Source: Verrucomicrobiota bacterium
GTDB lineage: Bacteria; Verrucomicrobiota; Verrucomicrobiia; Limisphaerales; AAA164-E04
Length of the DNA stretch: 64,000 bases
Direction: 5' to 3'
Assembly (NCBI GenBank): GCA_047947115.1
Contig: CP170459.1
Location: forward strand, 4,864,001-4,928,000
This document shows positions 40,231 to 49,532 of the stretch, piece after piece (position 1 is the first letter of the stretch; each line of letters opens with the position of its first letter). A model generated the notes under the pieces. That model was not told the DNA's origin. It searched no databases and worked only from the letters and a program-made list of their open reading frames with translations. Position numbers and translations under genes: made by a program.

Positions 40231-41115
40231 TTATTTTAGTGTCCCGGCCAACTTAGTCAGCTTATTGCGACTGCGATTTCGTATCTTTTCGTAATCATGC
40301 ATATCCAACTGCAAGCTCCTAAGCAACTGGTTGAGTTCGCCATCTACCAAATCTCCTCCCCCTTTTCGACCGATACTCTTGGCAATTTGATTGGCTAATT
40401 GAAGGACTTTCACTTCGGGAGAGTTTCCATCGATTGTGTCATGATGATGTGCCAAACAATCCACGACGGTGGGACCAAATCCCCAGTGCCTGGCCACCGA
40501 GGCGCCGATCGTAGCGTGTCCCAGACCATACATACCCACTTCCTGTTGATGGTGAGCAAGTTCACCATCTCCATTTCCGATACGATCCATCGGGGCAGAG
40601 GCAAATACTTCCTGGTAACGATCGATAAATATTTTCCCTACATCATGAACCAACCCAGCCACAAAACATTCCGGGGAAACACGAAAGCTCAAATCCACCT
40701 CAATGCTCTCGGCTGCAACAGCCGTGGCAAAAGCATGCATCCAAAAATCTTCTGCACGGATGCCATACGTTTTTAATGGTACCGTTAAGAAGGATTTGAA
40801 CTTGGATAACAAGGTGATCTGCACCATGGATCCCACTCCGACACGCATGATGGCGGTTTTGAGGTCGGTAATACGTTCGACGGCCCCAATTGACGCCGAA
40901 TTTGCCCATAGAAGGATCCGGGCAGAAGTGGTTTCATCATGCTAAACTAACTCAACCGTTTCATCCAGGCTACGATCTTCACTATCCTTCAACAGCGATG
41001 TCATAACGCTTGGAAGCAAGGGCGGGTGCCTCAAAACAGTCTCTGTTGGCACAACCTGCTTTACCCATTCCGACAACTTCGGGACATCCCCGTTCGGTGT
41101 TTGTATGCTGTCCAT
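40231..41115 (-). pseudogene. HDOD-domain protein interrupted by one in-frame TAG at 40942-40944
   Basis: One frame from ATG 41115: ...PPLLPSVMTSLL...VELV*HDETTSARILLWANSA...ITDLKTAIMRVG...FWMHA...GLVHDVGK...HATIGA...HHH. Confidence 0.82.
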
Positions 41116-41307
41116 AATTCATGCGATGCTTGACGCTCCAGAACATTTCCTTCCTTGGCAACCTCATCATAAGCTGATAGGATCCCCTGATTCCACTTCA
41201 CCTCGTTGGGGGTGTATAGATCAAGCGATGTTCACATGGGAATCACCACCTAACATCAACGCGTGATTGGAGTAAAAGGAACGGATGAAATAAACCAAGT
41301 CAAGCAT

Positions 41308-42252
41308 ATGTCAAAAAGAATTGGATTTGTAGGAGTCGGACGCATGGGGGCCAACATGGCGACCCGCTTGAAAGACTGCGGCTATAAGGTCACAGCCATT
41401 TACGATGCCAACGATCAAACCGCGGCGGAGGTGGCCCAGTCAGTGGGGGGGCTGCACTGCAAGAGGCTGGATGAGGTCACTGCGAATGCGGATGTAATCA
41501 TCACCGTTGTCACGGACGACACATCCATGAACCAGATTTTCAAAGCAACCGGAAACAGCCTGCTCAAAGGAGCCAAAGGACGGATTTTCATCAATTGTGC
41601 CACAGTCAGCCCTGCCACTCATGTCAAAGTGGAAGAGCGCGCAAAAAAGGCTGGTGCCAAGACACTTGAAGCCTGCATGGCATCCAGCATCACCCAGGCA
41701 CGGGAAGGCACCCTCTACTTGATGTGCGGTGGAGATCGTCGCACCTACCAACGTGTAGAACCCTTGCTGAAACACCTCAGTAATTCCATGCGCTACATTG
41801 GTCCGGCCGGCAAGGCTGCAGAGGTCAAGGCTCTGGTCAATATGGTCATGAACATCAACACCGCCGGCCTGGCTGAAGGACTAGGGCTTGGGGAAGCGCT
41901 GGGGCACGACCTGAACATGTTGCGCGAGGTTTTCTCACAAACCGGCGCCAACTCAAGGGTCCTGGAAACCGACGGTGAAGACATGCAAAAACGCGACCAT
42001 GACTGCTATTTCTCGGCAGCTCACGCCGCCAAAGATTCCGGCATCGCGCTCAAGCTGGGAAAATCAGCCAAGCTGAATCTCCCGCTAGCCGAAGCCACCC
42101 TGGGACAATATGCAAAAATGGAATCCATCGGACTGGGTCATCTGGATAAATCCGGTGTCGCCGAATTAACCTTCAAGGGGCGCGGCCCCGCCAAAGCCAA
42201 AAAAGCGAAGAAAACCACCAGGAAGAAAAAATCGGCAACATCAAAAAAATAG
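41308..42252 (+). CDS. NAD(P)-dependent beta-hydroxyacid dehydrogenase family protein with Lys-rich tail
   Basis: IGFVGVGRMGANMA; INCATVSP; GTLYLMCGG; KALVN. Confidence 0.88.
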   Translation: MSKRIGFVGVGRMGANMATRLKDCGYKVTAIYDANDQTAAEVAQSVGGLHCKRLDEVTANADVIITVVTDDTSMNQIFKATGNSLLKGAKGRIFINCATVSPATHVKVEERAKKAGAKTLEACMASSITQAREGTLYLMCGGDRRTYQRVEPLLKHLSNSMRYIGPAGKAAEVKALVNMVMNINTAGLAEGLGLGEALGHDLNMLREVFSQTGANSRVLETDGEDMQKRDHDCYFSAAHAAKDSGIALKLGKSAKLNLPLAEATLGQYAKMESIGLGHLDKSGVAELTFKGRGPAKAKKAKKTTRKKKSATSKK

Positions 42253-42297
42253 GCCTTTCAACCAAGGATGGATACAACCATCCACACATTTTTCCGT

Positions 42298-42334
42298 CAC
42301 CTGCAAGCTGATTCCTTGCAGGTGCTTTTGTTTT
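42298..42334 (+). terminator. Intrinsic terminator
   Basis: cacctgcaag-ctgattc-cttgcaggtg-cttttgtttt. Confidence 0.8.
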
Positions 42335-42397
42335 CAGGATTCTGTTGTCTATTCCGTCATTTCATGACAGGGTGTGAAGGCGTAGGAGAGACCTGAC

Positions 42398-43702
42398 ATG
42401 TCACTCACCTCCCCCATTTTGAACTATGTGTTCCGCAAGGAAATGTCCGCATTCCTGAGACCGGAGTCGGTTGAGGAAGAAGTCTTTCAATTCTCAGCTC
42501 CACCCTCTCACGACGATTACCTGCTCTACATCCACATCCCTTTTTGTGAGTCTCTGTGCCCCTACTGTTCATTCCACCGTTGCGAATACAGTGCTCGTCA
42601 GACAGAGTCTTATTTCCAGGCATTGTATAATGAAATCGATCTGTACCGGGAACATGGTTTTCAATTCAGATCCGCTTATATCGGCGGCGGCACACCCACC
42701 ATCCGGATGGACCTGTTGGTGCAGCTGCTCGGTAAAATAACCAACGCTTTTCCTCTCAGAGAAATCTCGGTGGAGACTAACCCAAACCATCTTTCCAAGG
42801 ACCACCTGGATCGCATGAAAGACGGAGGTGTCAATCGCTTGAGCGTCGGGGTGCAGAGTTTCGATGACGACATCCTGCACCACATCGGACGCCTTGAAAA
42901 ATACGGTTCCGGCCACACCATTCAAAAACTTCTCGAAAAGGCTTCCGGTATCCTTGAAACCTTGAATGTCGACTTGATCTTCAATATCCCTATTCAGACT
43001 GATGAAAGCCTGAATCATGATCTGAAAGTCATTCACTCCCTGCAACCAGATCAAGTCACCTTTTATCCTTTGATGACTGCTCCCTCGGTGGAAAAAACGC
43101 TGAATCAAATGCTGGGGCGCATGGATTACCGCAATGAGGAGAGACAATATCTCCATATTGTGAATCAAATGTGCGAGACTTACAACCAATCGACAGCCTG
43201 GTGTTTCTCGCGCTCATCGGGCAGCATTGATGAATACATCATCGATCACGACGAATATGTCGGGGTGGGAAGCGGATCCTTTGGTTTTTTTAACAACACA
43301 TTGCACATCAACACATTCAGCAATGCAACATATATCCAAAAACTGAAACAACGTGAGTTACCTGTTTCGCATGTCAAACAATTCACCCCCAAAGAACTTC
43401 AGTATTATTGCATGTTGCGCCGCTTGTTTGCATTGAAGACTCCGGCAAGACAATTGATCTCGGAATTAGATGCACTGGGGCCGGGGCATTTGAGTTGGTT
43501 GTTTCAGATTCTGACTCGGGGAGGCGCATTGAAGAAACAACAGGATTTTTTCCACCTCACCCGCAAAGGACAGTATATCTGGATCATGGCCATGAGAGAG
43601 TTTTTCATAGCAGTCGACACACTGCGTGATCAATTCAGAAACCAAGCCCAAGGAGGGGCAACGAATCAAATTTACCTTAGCATCAACACCTTACTGCCCT
43701 GA
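42398..43702 (+). CDS. HemN-like class C radical SAM enzyme, probably menaquinone methyltransferase (MenK/MqnK family)
   Basis: YIHIPFCESLCPYCSF; GGGTPT; RLSVGVQSF; QVTFYPLM (QxTxYPLM); C-terminal MREFF; RBS aggag. Confidence 0.75.
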   Translation: MSLTSPILNYVFRKEMSAFLRPESVEEEVFQFSAPPSHDDYLLYIHIPFCESLCPYCSFHRCEYSARQTESYFQALYNEIDLYREHGFQFRSAYIGGGTPTIRMDLLVQLLGKITNAFPLREISVETNPNHLSKDHLDRMKDGGVNRLSVGVQSFDDDILHHIGRLEKYGSGHTIQKLLEKASGILETLNVDLIFNIPIQTDESLNHDLKVIHSLQPDQVTFYPLMTAPSVEKTLNQMLGRMDYRNEERQYLHIVNQMCETYNQSTAWCFSRSSGSIDEYIIDHDEYVGVGSGSFGFFNNTLHINTFSNATYIQKLKQRELPVSHVKQFTPKELQYYCMLRRLFALKTPARQLISELDALGPGHLSWLFQILTRGGALKKQQDFFHLTRKGQYIWIMAMREFFIAVDTLRDQFRNQAQGGATNQIYLSINTLLP

Positions 43703-44116
43703 GGCAACCGCTTCCGTTTCCACTTTGACCTTCTTGAGATTTGCCATTCTCGCGGCATCCATGACGAAAAACGTTTTGCCGAAATGGGATTCCACATCGG
43801 ACCGAATGATTAAAGCCGTGTTTGGGTCCTTGGCGGAGACGGATTTCAGTTTTTCTTCCAGTTCCGCCTTGGACAAGGCTTCTTCCCCCCAATAAAAACG
43901 ATCCGGGTCATCCTTCAGAATACTGATTGTCACACTGCTTGGTTCCGCCTGAGTGGACATCTTGGACCTTGATTGAGGCAGGCTGACATTCAGAGCGGGT
44001 TTGTGCTTAAATGTCGTGGTGACCATCATAAAGATCAACAATACGATCAGAATATCGATCAAAGAAATGATGATGATCGTAGGCGGTTTATGACGTTTGC
44101 GCTCCAGAAACTTCAT
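43691..44116 (-). CDS. exbD: Biopolymer transport protein ExbD/TolR
   Basis: SLIDILIVLLIFMMVTT TM with conserved Asp; LIIRSD. Confidence 0.92.
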   Translation of the reverse strand: MKFLERKRHKPPTIIIISLIDILIVLLIFMMVTTTFKHKPALNVSLPQSRSKMSTQAEPSSVTISILKDDPDRFYWGEEALSKAELEEKLKSVSAKDPNTALIIRSDVESHFGKTFFVMDAARMANLKKVKVETEAVASGQ

Positions 44117-44146
44117 AGGGGGATATGAAACCAGGTACCAGGGATG

Positions 44147-44872
44147 TTATCTGCCATCGCGTTTGCGCCGCGCTTTTTTTCCAGTAGTCGAGGGTTCGGC
44201 GAAAGACTCCGGCTCTTCCAAAGTCCCCTGTTGTCCTGACGCGTAGGCAAGAGGCTGGGAAGCATGCGCTGAAGGCGGATAATATCGCTGCAACAGATCG
44301 TCGCAGAGAGCTTCCAACTCAATGGCCATGGTCTCAACCTTCTTGTTGTAATAGCTCCAGGCAATCAGAGAAGGAATGGCAATCAACAGGCCTGTGAGTG
44401 TGGTGTTCAGGGCAATGGATATCCCTTTTGCCAACGAGGTATGATCGGCCATACTCGCCGCACCGAAGTCTCCGAACAAAGTAATCAGTCCATGCAAGGT
44501 CCCCACCAAGCCCAGCAAAGGAGCCGACCCAACGATCACCTCAATGACCACCAGTCCGCTTTCCAAAGTAGAGATTTCCTTGCGAGCCCGTGTTTGGAGC
44601 GCCTCAATATTTTCTGCTTTCGAGTAAGCAAACTGATCCATCGCCGCCAGAAGCATACGGCTGGCGGGTGATGGCAGTTGCCGACACACGGTCTGCAAGG
44701 TGGCCAAGTCATTTTCATTCTCACATTGGCTCAACGTGGTCGCAACTTGCTCCGGCACGACGTTGCGCCAACGCAAAGCCAATCCTCGCTCGATGATATA
44801 AGTCAACGCCACCACCGACATCGTCAGCAACAGCCACATAAAAGGTCCGCCTGCCTCTAAAAACTCAAACAT
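44147..44872 (-). CDS. exbB: MotA/TolQ/ExbB proton channel
   Basis: GGPFMW; APLLGLVGT; GISIALNTTLTGLLIAIPS. Confidence 0.92.
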   Translation of the reverse strand: MFEFLEAGGPFMWLLLTMSVVALTYIIERGLALRWRNVVPEQVATTLSQCENENDLATLQTVCRQLPSPASRMLLAAMDQFAYSKAENIEALQTRARKEISTLESGLVVIEVIVGSAPLLGLVGTLHGLITLFGDFGAASMADHTSLAKGISIALNTTLTGLLIAIPSLIAWSYYNKKVETMAIELEALCDDLLQRYYPPSAHASQPLAYASGQQGTLEEPESFAEPSTTGKKARRKRDGR

Positions 44873-44949
44873 GGTTCCTCAATTTTTCTGTAAGTTGCCT
44901 CGCTCCACTTCGAAAAGGCGAACGAGTCTGCGGTGTTGCCACCAGGTTT

Positions 44950-46053
44950 TCAATTGTAATAAAAAGTAAATCTTATATTGCGATAATCCGCCCCAACCAG
45001 ACGTCTCATGTCGCTGGGCCATTTGCCATACGGGGCAGGATCGGAAATGGCACGCTGGCAGAGAAGAGACTGAATCACACCAACGGTGTCTTCCTCTATG
45101 TCCACTTCACGCACCTCTCCGGTCGAGGTCAGTTCGAATTGTACCACGACCTTGCCCGAAGCGTTCCTTGCCGAAGGCAATCCTTCCAGCAGGCCAAACC
45201 AGCGCTGCTGAATGGCCTGGATCACCGCTGCATCATAAGCTCCAAAGGGCGTCGCCAACAAGTCCGGTGAGGATTCAATCCGAAAACGCTTCACTCCCCC
45301 TTCCTGCTGCATGGATTCACCTAGCAGCATACCACTCCGTTTCTTGGCCTCAGCCAGGGTCTTGGGACGCTCCTGCGGGGGCGCGGCGGGGCGTTGTTGT
45401 GGCGTGACCGGGCGAGGTTGTATATTGGAGAGCATTTCCGCGGTATCCGATGTCTCAGTCTCTTTCGTTTCCTCATCCACGGGATCCTCGGGCTCAAGCA
45501 CCATGTCCTCCTCCGGAACTTCCAATTCATTCACAACCACATCCGGGTTTTCAATGAGAGACGGATCGACAGGCGGGATTTCATCTGCGTCCGGGAAATA
45601 GGGCTGGAAGGACTCGAATGGCTGCTCCTCTGTCAACTGCTCGGAAGGTCCGGTATCAGTCGTCTTATGTACCAGATCCTGTTTCCCCTCCAATTCGGGC
45701 TGCTCCATATCCTTCGAAGTGTCCGGATTCCCCGCCAATGAGTCGATGATCGCGTAATAGGGTGTGTCGTCCGGTTTATCCTCCGTCGCCAGCGAAGGAT
45801 CGGCATCGAAAAAAATGGTGGGCTGGGGGTCTTGAACCAGATTGATTTCCAATTCCTGCGTTTCCTCTTCGGCCGTCAAATCCGGCATTTTAGGAGCCAG
45901 CAACATCGAAACAGGCCCCTTTTCGGTCAGGCCGTAATAATGAGCCAGCTCCAAAGAAGCAATGACCACGAAATGAAACAAAATGGACCACAAATAGGCC
46001 TTCAGCAGCAAAGGCTGCAGCCGTCGTGTTCCATGTATATCAAAACTGATCAT
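44950..46053 (-). CDS. TonB/TolA-like energy transducer
   Basis: N-terminal TM with SxxxH; acidic/Pro-rich linker; C-terminal YDAAVIQAIQQRW...VVVQF...AISDPAPY; upstream of exbB/exbD. Confidence 0.8.
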   Translation of the reverse strand: MISFDIHGTRRLQPLLLKAYLWSILFHFVVIASLELAHYYGLTEKGPVSMLLAPKMPDLTAEEETQELEINLVQDPQPTIFFDADPSLATEDKPDDTPYYAIIDSLAGNPDTSKDMEQPELEGKQDLVHKTTDTGPSEQLTEEQPFESFQPYFPDADEIPPVDPSLIENPDVVVNELEVPEEDMVLEPEDPVDEETKETETSDTAEMLSNIQPRPVTPQQRPAAPPQERPKTLAEAKKRSGMLLGESMQQEGGVKRFRIESSPDLLATPFGAYDAAVIQAIQQRWFGLLEGLPSARNASGKVVVQFELTSTGEVREVDIEEDTVGVIQSLLCQRAISDPAPYGKWPSDMRRLVGADYRNIRFTFYYN

Positions 46054-46178
46054 GCGCAGCTAACTTGATCAATTCACCGGCCCAACGCAACCGATATATG
46101 CACTAAATTGTAGAAAATCGCCAGTAAGCCCTCATGTGCCCATTTCCTTGGAGCATCCACAAACAGGCCCCTACACAA

Positions 46179-46207
46179 GAAGAGGCGGCCTTGAAAGCCG
46201 CCTCTTC
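46179..46207 (-). terminator. Hairpin (probable terminator) after the Gfo/Idh/MocA gene
   Basis: gaagaggcggc-cttgaaa-gccgcctcttc, 11-bp perfect stem; weak U tract. Confidence 0.6.
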
Positions 46208-46236
46208 AAAAGGTTGTGATGTAAAACCCAATTCGA

Positions 46237-47571
46237 TCAGATCACCACGGTCTGTCCGGGGACTGCTGTGGCATACATCCCGTCCGGTCCCGGCAGAGAC
46301 TTCGGCATGGCATCCCATGCAAAGCGTTCAGGCAGCAGGCTGATGTTGGAATTGATCGCATCGTTCCAATCCACCACTTTTCCGGAATAAGTTGCCATGC
46401 GTCCAAGAATGGAGGTCATCGAACTCTTGGCTCCGTATTCGGCTTCGTTGTAGGCGATGTTGTTGCGGATCGCGTGGAACAGGTCGTCATGTTCCTGCTG
46501 GTAAGGGTTCTTGCCCTGCCCCTCGAAACGCCATCGATTTTCACCGCGAATGATATAACGATTGATTTCGGCGCTACCTTTGCTGCCGTGAGCATATTCG
46601 GAAACACTGTTCCAACATCCCACCTGGTGGCGACATTGGCTATACAGACGAGAACCGTCGGCATATTCAAACTCAACGGCGTGATGGTCGAAAATTTCAC
46701 CGTAATCAATGCCAACCCGAACTTCGGCACCGCCCATACCATTGGCACGAACAGGAAAGTCGCCCTTGAGCCAGTTGATCACGTCCAGATTGTGGATGTG
46801 CTGCTCGGTAATATGATCTCCGCAGATCCAGGCGAAGTAATACCAGTTGCGCATCTGATATTCCATTTCGGTTAATTTGCGACCGTATTGTTTCTCGAGA
46901 TCCTCACGCTTGCGCACCCAGGGAGTATTGCCATTCCAATAAGCGCGAGTGGTGATGATATCTCCGATGGCCCCATCCTGAAGGCGTTTGATGGTATCAA
47001 TGTACCCAGCTTGATGATGGCGCTGAAGTCCCACTCCTACTTTCAGGTTTTTGCGCTTGGCTTCTTCCGCCGCAGCCAGCACTTTGCGAACTCCGGGAGC
47101 GTCGGTTGCAACGGGTTTTTCCATGAAAACATGTTTCCCTTGCTTGACGGCCTCTTCGAAATGAATGGGGCGGAATCCAGGAGGCGTCGCCAAAATCACC
47201 ACATCGGCCAATTCAATGGCTTTCTTGTAGGCATCAAAACCGATAAAGCGACGATCTTCCGGCACATCCACACGGTCACCATGCTTGCGAGCCAGATTGT
47301 TCAAACTGCCTTCCAACCGATCACCGAAAGCATCAGCCATGGCGATCAACTTGATGGGCCCCTGGTCGTGCGTGTTCAGGGCTTGGTCTGCGGCCCCGGA
47401 GCCACGTCCACCGCACCCGATCAGGGCGATTTTGATCTCGTCATTCTGCGCCGCAAAGACGCCGTGATTGAGCGCCATCGATCCTAATACGCTGCCCCCG
47501 ACAACGGTGGAGGACTGCTTCAGGAAATCTCTGCGCGTCACTGAATCCTGGTTTTGATTCTCTTTTTTCAT
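46237..47571 (-). CDS. Tat-exported Gfo/Idh/MocA oxidoreductase
   Basis: TRRDFLK; IGCGGRG; ATPPGFR; MEKP; GDHITEQHIHNLD. Confidence 0.93.
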   Translation of the reverse strand: MKKENQNQDSVTRRDFLKQSSTVVGGSVLGSMALNHGVFAAQNDEIKIALIGCGGRGSGAADQALNTHDQGPIKLIAMADAFGDRLEGSLNNLARKHGDRVDVPEDRRFIGFDAYKKAIELADVVILATPPGFRPIHFEEAVKQGKHVFMEKPVATDAPGVRKVLAAAEEAKRKNLKVGVGLQRHHQAGYIDTIKRLQDGAIGDIITTRAYWNGNTPWVRKREDLEKQYGRKLTEMEYQMRNWYYFAWICGDHITEQHIHNLDVINWLKGDFPVRANGMGGAEVRVGIDYGEIFDHHAVEFEYADGSRLYSQCRHQVGCWNSVSEYAHGSKGSAEINRYIIRGENRWRFEGQGKNPYQQEHDDLFHAIRNNIAYNEAEYGAKSSMTSILGRMATYSGKVVDWNDAINSNISLLPERFAWDAMPKSLPGPDGMYATAVPGQTVVI

Positions 47572-47675
47572 AGGGTTTTGATTTATAGCTTAAACGCTCT
47601 CTGCATGTTTCCGCATTGAGCAGTGGTTTTCTGGAAATACGGCTGATTTTAAACTTTCCAGAGCCGTTGGCGAGT

Positions 47676-49403
47676 CTAATCTCGTTCACTCAGATTGTTC
47701 CAATACAATGCCATCTCTTCCTTACTCGGAACTTTCAAAGGCCGGACAACTCTCATCCCCAAAACTTGTGCATCTGTCAGATACCAAATGCTTTTCGGAA
47801 GTTGGGGATCTTGCATTTTCCACTCGGGGTTCGAACCACGTCGTGCGGCGCTTCGCATCGATTCCTGATAATCATCCCAAGAACCGCCACGTGCCGTGCG
47901 CGGATACAAGGTTTTGGCAACATTCCATGGATCGATCTGCAGTTGATCTTTGAACAACTGGTAACCATCCGCGGTATAAGCATCCAGCACCCATTCGGCG
48001 ACATTACCGTGCATGTCGTAAAGTCCCCAGGGGTTGGGTTTCTTGGTCCCAACCTTCTGATATTTGAAGTCGGCATTGTCGGCATACCATTCATACTTTT
48101 CGACATCATCAGGATTGTCCCCCCACCAAAAGGCCGTGGTGGTTCCCGCGCGACAGGCATATTCCCATTCTGCTTCGGTCGGCAACCGATAGAAATGCCC
48201 CGTTTTGGCGCTCAGCCATTGGCAATATTTATTGGCGGCATGCTGTGTCATACTGATGGCGGGATACCCGTCTTTACCCATTCCAAAGCTCATTTCCACA
48301 TAAGGTTTGGTGGGTTTTGTGACGGCGTCCGCCAAGGGATCGTGGTAATCATCGCCCGCATTTAACAAGCGAGCCATTTCTTCGGGATACATGAACAACT
48401 CATATTCATTCCACGTGACCTCATGTTTTCCGATCCAGAAGGGTGACACCTGAATGTCCACCTGAGGTCCTTCATCATCACGACGCCCTTCTTCACTGGC
48501 CGGACTGCCCATTTTGAAGGTGCCTCCCTTGATGGCCACCATGTCAAAGGTGATCTGCGTGCCGGTAATGGTTTCCGTGTAAGTCTCCATTTGAGACTCT
48601 TCGCTGATCGTGTTCTTTTCGATAATGCGATCGTGAATGGATGTAACCAGTTCCATATTGGCACCGGTGGGTCCATCCTCTGCTTTTCTGGGAACCAGCG
48701 TGATACCGTCCGGCCACTGGGCTCCCTGATCGATCCAGAAACGCAGGATATCGGTCTCTTCTTCGGACATCGGACCGTCCTTCTTGGCGGGAGGCATCAG
48801 GTCTGCGTGGTCTTCGGGCAGAATGGTGAATGTGTAGAGAGAACTCAGGCTGGAACGGCCGGGTATGATAGCTTTCCCGGATTTACCTCCGGCAAATGCC
48901 TTTTCACGCACGTCCAACTGCAAATCGCCATCAGCATGGCCTTCCCGATGGCAACTGACACAGTTCTGCTCCAGGACCAGCTGAACGTCTTCCACAAAAT
49001 CAACCTTGCGGGCCGGTTTCAGCACCACATCTTCAGGCCACTCAGCTCCCTGCTCGATCCAGGTCTTCAAGATATCCGTTTGCCCTTTCGTCAAAGGATC
49101 TCCTTTGGGAGGCATGATGTCTTCATCATCCGGATCCAGAATGGTCAAGGTGTAAAGCGAACTCTTATCCGGTTTACCGGGCTCCAGCGCCGGGCCATAC
49201 TCACCGCCGATAATCACGTTTTCGCGTGTATCCATCAGGAGTTCTCCCTTGACGTTTTCGGGATTATGGCAACTCAAACAATTGGCTTCCAATATGGGTT
49301 TGACCTGCTTGGAGAAATCGACGGCGTCCTGCCCCTGAATCGTAAGACTCAGACCAAGCGCCATCCAACTCGAACGTGCTATGTGAATTGTCGTTTTCTT
49401 CAT
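47676..49403 (-). CDS. Secreted protein with two planctomycete-type cytochrome c domains fused to an FGE-sulfatase (SUMF1) domain
   Basis: VDF..VKPILEANCLSCH...MPP...WIEQGA and a second copy with CVSCH; RLPTEAEWEYACRAG; NPWGLYDMHGNVAEW; RGGSW. Confidence 0.9.
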   Translation of the reverse strand: MKKTTIHIARSSWMALGLSLTIQGQDAVDFSKQVKPILEANCLSCHNPENVKGELLMDTRENVIIGGEYGPALEPGKPDKSSLYTLTILDPDDEDIMPPKGDPLTKGQTDILKTWIEQGAEWPEDVVLKPARKVDFVEDVQLVLEQNCVSCHREGHADGDLQLDVREKAFAGGKSGKAIIPGRSSLSSLYTFTILPEDHADLMPPAKKDGPMSEEETDILRFWIDQGAQWPDGITLVPRKAEDGPTGANMELVTSIHDRIIEKNTISEESQMETYTETITGTQITFDMVAIKGGTFKMGSPASEEGRRDDEGPQVDIQVSPFWIGKHEVTWNEYELFMYPEEMARLLNAGDDYHDPLADAVTKPTKPYVEMSFGMGKDGYPAISMTQHAANKYCQWLSAKTGHFYRLPTEAEWEYACRAGTTTAFWWGDNPDDVEKYEWYADNADFKYQKVGTKKPNPWGLYDMHGNVAEWVLDAYTADGYQLFKDQLQIDPWNVAKTLYPRTARGGSWDDYQESMRSAARRGSNPEWKMQDPQLPKSIWYLTDAQVLGMRVVRPLKVPSKEEMALYWNNLSERD

Positions 49404-49532
49404 GGAAAAAAGTTGAGACCAATGTGAAGACAGACCCTTCGATTGTCAATCATCGGCTCCCTTGTATGACTTGATTTGACCTGAATGAATTCATTTACGA
49501 GCAAAAAAGGCCCATTGGGTCACAAAAATGTC

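Noticed and set aside
40982..41170. 62-aa ORF
   Set aside because: Off-frame overlap with the true 5' part of the HDOD gene
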